NCBI RefSeq assembly: GCF_964204645.1
Contig: NC_134031.1
Span: 6,758,001-6,822,000 of the forward strand
Direction: 5' to 3'
Length of the DNA stretch: 64,000 bases
From: Tubulanus polymorphus
Taxonomy: Eukaryota; Animalia; Nemertea
Part shown: positions 61,726 through 64,000 of the stretch, piece after piece
Layout of the letters: every line of letters begins with the position of its first letter
Numbering within the stretch: the stretch's first letter is position 1
Position numbers and translations under genes: made by a program
Notes under the pieces: model-generated
What the model saw: only the letters and a program-made list of their open reading frames with translations
What the model was told of the DNA's origin: nothing
Database searches by the model: none

Positions 61726-63369
61726 TGGAATTACCCGTGGAACCCGCGCCGACATATTGTTTCCAATGAGATCTCGTAAAATTCCTATAAATTTCCCCTC
61801 GAAATGTGCGATGTGTTTATTTCATTGCTCGTTTTTTTGTAGACATTTTTGTCACGTTTTTCACGAGCAATGTAGACTATATTGACCATTGCCGGTACCA
61901 CGGAATTAACGTACGTATTCTAGTAAAGATAATTTCAAAAAATGGACAAAATATTTTTCACATCGATCTTTATTGAAATGACCCATATATTTCCGTCGTA
62001 AACAGCTCGGTGTGACTGATGAATCTTCTAGAAGGGAAATGAGGATTTTAAGGATGATTTCATTTGTAGTATTTTTTGTCTATTATTCGCGAACTCTTTG
62101 GTTTTGTGGGTCGTTATGGAGATACGTCTCGCAAGTCGTTCATTGGCATTTTCTATAACCGATTCTTCCGATTTAGCATTTTTCTGTCAAATTCTGGGAC
62201 TCGAACTCGCTTGATGTAATAGCTGGGGTAAGCACTTCTTACTTTAGCTAGGATGATCGACCGCTCTACACAGAAACAATTCTGAGATATTAGCCATGAA
62301 AATTGGGATTCGATACGCAAGCACCAAAGTGCCCTACCGGGATGCCTAACTCTTTACTACCGAATGGCTCATGATAGAATATATTTTCTACGATTTTAAT
62401 GTATCAGTCTATCGTTATAATGACATGGGAAATTAAAAAGCCCTACCAATAACTCCGATTTTTAAAGATGTCACTAAAGTAAAGCAATTTTTGAAATAAA
62501 TTACCTTACAAATACAATGCTTGCATACTAATTATACAGCAGTGTTCTAGAATATCTTCTGGAATTGTTTACTCGAAGAAATCAAACGCCAATCCACCAT
62601 AGTCCTCCATTTTGTCAAGATGTCGCCAATGGGAATTGATTTTTAGTCGTACATGTATCAATTAAGAATTTATTTAACATATTATTAGATTTAAAAGACA
62701 CGCATGAACACAAGGATTTCAATATTTATCAACATTTCGATAGTGAAAATCATAATTTTACAACATCGATATACAAAAAAAAACAATTAATTATCAATAT
62801 TAGAAAACAAGATGACATTGAATTAATTCGAATTAACTTGATTAATTTCACAGTGAAAGCATTCAACTTTCTTGCATTATCATACTCGTTTGAATTGAAT
62901 GAATTTGAATAGCTTGGTAAGCCTTTATTTCAGTATTACCCTTGGTTCCACAGTTGATAGTTAGAGTTAACTCCCGAGTTAATCAGATCATTTTCGATGT
63001 TTCAACTCATAAGTCAAACTTAACTCAGAACCGTGGAACTGGATCAGCCTGATATATGTATCACAGTAATTTATCATTCAGCTTTTAGCGTTCTTATCAC
63101 TCGCTTGATATTCAAATTTCTTAATTAGCAAATGGACATGACACTCGATTCCGACACTCACTCGGCAAGATGCGAAAAGTATTCAGTTGTTACACGAGCT
63201 AAGTATGATGTAGTTTAAAATTGCTCTGATAGATATAGTAACATGAAAAAAAAATTAATAAGCTACAATCGGTCTTTCGTTTGCTTATGAAATGTTACGA
63301 CACTCTTGAGATAATGGGGTGGTTCCCGCAGTGCTACTGTGGCAATCGATGATTCCACGTATGGCAGTC

Positions 63370-63500
63370 GAGGATCCGCCAGGTTCGCGAGTAGATAGTT
63401 GGTCGTCCGCGTTCGAATCATATCTGTATGACATTTTCTCCGAAATGAATCAATTATTAAAGAAAACAATACCGATATTCGAGTAGAAGAATGAAAGTAT
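63370..63500 (-). pseudogene. Possible GPCR TM1-TM2 relic or exon
   Basis: MIRTRTTNYLLANLA matches the ICL1-TM2 motif of class A GPCRs. Confidence 0.4.
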
Positions 63501-64000
63501 TGTAAATTTTGTTGAAACATATGGAGTCTAAAAATCCAGTTCAAAATTCGTTGAAAATGAACTTATTTCAACTACGGACGACCAACTGTTTGTCACGCCA
63601 TCAGGTGGGATTGCTGGTTATGCGGGTTCTCATTGCGTGTGTATAAGGCGCTGTGAATAAACCTGAAATGCTGTTTTACTTTTCGTGTAAATTCATATTC
63701 ACGAATCATCTTTTGATCGTCGCAACGCGGCAAAACGACATTGTTTTTGTTTCTGGGTCGGATGCTGTTTGTCGGCGCCCGTATCGTCGATTTCTTTATG
63801 TTTGATGCGAGGAGAGTCTGTACTACCCGTACTTTTATCGGGGCTCGAACCCCGATCGGGGGATTCGCCGCGGTGACTGCGTAATGACGACAGAGGTATC
63901 TTCATACCGTCTCGAATTGCCGTCGTAGTGGCGACCCCTACCGACCCTACTACCGAACCAAGAGCGGTGCCGACCTTTCCGACTTTGCTGCCAACTTTAA

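Noticed and set aside
62014-62045. Second hammerhead ribozyme (CTGATGA...GAAA)
   Set aside because: Weak stem II and no valid cleavage triplet or stem I.

Overview
Eukaryotic (animal, probably marine invertebrate) genomic DNA with GT-AG introns. From left to right it contains: exon 1 of a divergently transcribed gene; a 4-exon ARF-family GTPase; a Ro60/TROVE2 gene; a small orphan secreted-protein gene; a tandem family of 3-exon type II membrane-protein genes (3 intact, 2 relics); a 5'-truncated CR1/L2-type LINE; and a cluster of single-exon rhodopsin-like GPCRs with relics. The centrepiece is a complete, young 18,167-bp Polinton/Maverick-type endogenous virus at 32220-50386, with 403-bp TIRs and a 6-bp TSD (TGTAGC). 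It encodes pPolB, integrase, packaging ATPase, probable major and minor capsid proteins, an HNH nuclease and about 7 predicted membrane proteins, but no recognisable adenain protease. Most striking, essentially every gene of the element starts at TAAATG or TAAAATG. The capsid/membrane block carries T7-N6-TAAATG and several non-structural genes carry an A-run version, matching poxvirus late and intermediate promoter grammar. Each TIR also begins with a 207-nt imperfect hairpin biased to G-T wobble pairs on one strand. My inference, untested, is that this is an integrated virophage-like parasite of a pox-like cytoplasmic DNA virus. All calls are from reading the sequence; no searches were run.
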